A program made the position numbers and the translations under genes. The notes below the pieces were generated by a model. It had not been told where the DNA came from. It ran no database searches and saw only the letters and a program-made list of their open reading frames with translations. From a virus (taxonomy: Duplodnaviria; Caudoviricetes): 25,471 bases of DNA. Below, one piece after another: positions 23,649-25,471 of the stretch (positions within the stretch are counted from its first letter, which is position 1; the number at the start of each line of letters is the position of its first letter). The stretch lies in IMG/VR virus record IMGVR_UViG_3300020043_004494, positions 1 through 25,471 of that record. One strand, written 5' to 3'.

Positions 23649-24803
23649 TTAGAACTTTCCAGCTTGTTTAGCCCAAGTCCACCCTAAAGTTGAGGTATTA
23701 GCTTTAGGTAATTTACCTGCTACCACTAGTGGTGGAACTACTCCATTTACGTAATTCTCTACAGTATCAACGTCCAAAATAATATTATCAAATACTACTC
23801 CAGGAGCTGTTACTCTATTGATTTTACTATTAGTAGTAGGAATGTCTGTAAAGTATAGATTAGATAGAGTTACAATTGAGTTAGCATCTACGTTAATTAA
23901 GTCCTGACCTGTACCTACAAAAATATCCCCGTGAGTAATCAAGTGACCTGCTGAGTAGGAACCCTCAGGTCCGTCTAATTCAAAGCAGTGACCTGCAGGA
24001 GAAATAACTACAAAGTTATTTAGAGTACCACCCCAAGATTGGTCTGTATCAATTGCATCATCACCTACATTCCAAACAGCAACGTAAGATACATCTACTT
24101 TACCTCCAAACCATTCAATACCATCATCTTGGTTAGCTACAATCTCAATGTTATTAATTGAGGTGAGTGAACCTACTCCCCCTAATGTTAAGCCATTGAT
24201 TTCATTTCCTGAACCGATATTAGCACCTCCGTGTCTGATTGATACAAAGGAGAAAATACCGCTATTGTCGTTATCATCGTTACCGCCGTAGAGTCCGTTA
24301 GCATCTGAAGTTGGAATGCCTTCGATCTGTACTGCTGTTACTTCTCCTGTTGCATCAGGCTTAGGAGAGATCTTTGCATTACCCAGAATAATAACTCCTC
24401 CCCATAGTCCGTTGATAGTTGGATCTAAATTAGGAGAGATAAAGTTACCGGCCTGAATGTCGGCTGGCATGATCTCATCAGCTACTGAGGTGAATATGAT
24501 CGGGAGTGTGGGAGTACCCTGAGCAACAATGTTTGCATCTCTTGCAATAACTAGAGCAGTTGCATTAGAACCTGTACCTGCTTCACCTTTGATGATGGTA
24601 CCTGGCTCGATAGTTAAGGTAGCACCGGCCTCAACGGAAATTCTTCCTGCTAGCTGATATACCGTATCCGAATACCAGGTAGTGTTACCGGTGATGTTAG
24701 AGGTTATAACCTTGTTTTGGGTTGGGATTGGATCGATAATCACTTCCGGGTCACAGGCAGTGATTGCAAGGGCTGCTAAAGCCCATAACGAGAACTTTCT
24801 CAT
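23649..24803 (-). CDS. Surface lipoprotein with probable beta-helix, resembling phosphate-starvation lipoproteins that accompany TonB-dependent receptors
   Basis: Lipobox ITA-C17 followed by acidic DPE. Motifs LTIEPGT, G....PIIFTS, WGGVIILG.A, EG......YGG..D.DNSG...VSIRHGG, NEINGLTLGGVG and DDGIEWFGG. Confidence 0.7.
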   Translation of the reverse strand: MRKFSLWALAALAITACDPEVIIDPIPTQNKVITSNITGNTTWYSDTVYQLAGRISVEAGATLTIEPGTIIKGEAGTGSNATALVIARDANIVAQGTPTLPIIFTSVADEIMPADIQAGNFISPNLDPTINGLWGGVIILGNAKISPKPDATGEVTAVQIEGIPTSDANGLYGGNDDNDNSGIFSFVSIRHGGANIGSGNEINGLTLGGVGSLTSINNIEIVANQDDGIEWFGGKVDVSYVAVWNVGDDAIDTDQSWGGTLNNFVVISPAGHCFELDGPEGSYSAGHLITHGDIFVGTGQDLINVDANSIVTLSNLYFTDIPTTNSKINRVTAPGVVFDNIILDVDTVENYVNGVVPPLVVAGKLPKANTSTLGWTWAKQAGKF

Positions 24804-24882
24804 ATAAATTAATTTTAAGTTAAATCTATAATAAGATATGAATAAAGCCTTCTACCAAGTTTAACTTAAGATTATGGCTAGT

Positions 24883-25471
24883 TTATAAAACCACCATCTT
24901 TTCGTGACCCACAATCACTGAAGGGTCAATCCAAACATCGTATCCTTTCTCCTTAATCATTTTACAGAAGGCAACATCCTCCATTGTAAAGTCTCTAACG
25001 ATCTTTCCATCGATGTTGTATTCCGTCCAGACGGGCTGGAACCAAGGATACTGTAGAGATTCAAATACTCCTTTCTTAATCAGCACCCATCCAAAGCCTG
25101 TGTAGTCGGCGGTAAAGAGCTTGCCTTGCTTGGCTTGAACCATCTCTCGGTTAAGGAATTGAAAGTGACCATGCTTTAAGAAGAACTCATCATCCCAATC
25201 CTCGACTGTAGCGTAGTGGGTGTTGTCGGACATCATGTAAAGTCCCGATACAATGTCTTTATCATCCTGGAGTAGCTTGAAGAAATGATCAGGAGTAAAT
25301 ACTACATCGGAATCAATCCACATAATGTAGTCGTAATCAAATTGACCACCGAACGGCTTCTGATCTATGCCTCTTAGATTGTCACCCCCTAAACACATAT
25401 TGCGGACGTAGTACAGCAGGGGGGAGTAGTGCTGGGACATAATCGGCTGGATGCCATTCTGCAAGCATGCA
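24883..25471 (-). CDS. Glycosyltransferase, GT-A/family 2-like (5' partial)
   Basis: MWIDSD (DxD), IVSGLY, GFGWVLIK, YPWF, MEDVAFC and IDP...VGH. The frame is open to the window edge. Confidence 0.85.
   Translation of the reverse strand, partial: ACLQNGIQPIMSQHYSPLLYYVRNMCLGGDNLRGIDQKPFGGQFDYDYIMWIDSDVVFTPDHFFKLLQDDKDIVSGLYMMSDNTHYATVEDWDDEFFLKHGHFQFLNREMVQAKQGKLFTADYTGFGWVLIKKGVFESLQYPWFQPVWTEYNIDGKIVRDFTMEDVAFCKMIKEKGYDVWIDPSVIVGHEKMVVL

Noticed and set aside
1-25471. TAG stop-codon reassignment as in some crAss-like phages
   Set aside because: Genes are full length in the standard code, and TAG ends nrdA exactly after its CxxC motif and ends the primase-helicase just before the next promoter.

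Overview
A segment of a tailed-phage genome that probably infects Bacteroidota, judged from TAnnTTTG promoter boxes, A-rich leaders without Shine-Dalgarno sites and a BT4734/VirE-N-type primase. The + strand arm (1-10237) holds the end of a tail-type protein, three probable internal virion/ejection proteins (327, 606 and 2205 aa; the largest has an HExxH zincin module), a u-spanin-like lipoprotein and a small basic protein. The convergent - strand arm holds nrdB-nrdA with a GIY-YIG homing endonuclease, a PD-(D/E)xK nuclease, two glycosyltransferases, a RusA-like resolvase, a primase-helicase, DUF1599/Nmad1-like and MazG-like proteins, two metallophosphoesterases and many small genes. Beyond about 20750 the DNA is more AT-rich, uses a different promoter (TTTGG-N19-TATATTTA) and encodes envelope proteins. 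Highlights: (1) a 49-aa Lys-rich gene hidden in the +1 frame inside the giant virion gene; (2) the homing endonuclease sits between two copies of the last five nrdA codons, a 3'-end-replacement cassette; (3) a 77-aa gene is bracketed start-to-stop by a 26-bp direct repeat that also marks the compositional junction; (4) a phosphate-starvation-type surface lipoprotein with Pho-box-like repeats; (5) three TAnnTTTG-N4-ATG, probably leaderless, starts. All family calls come from motif recognition, not database searches.
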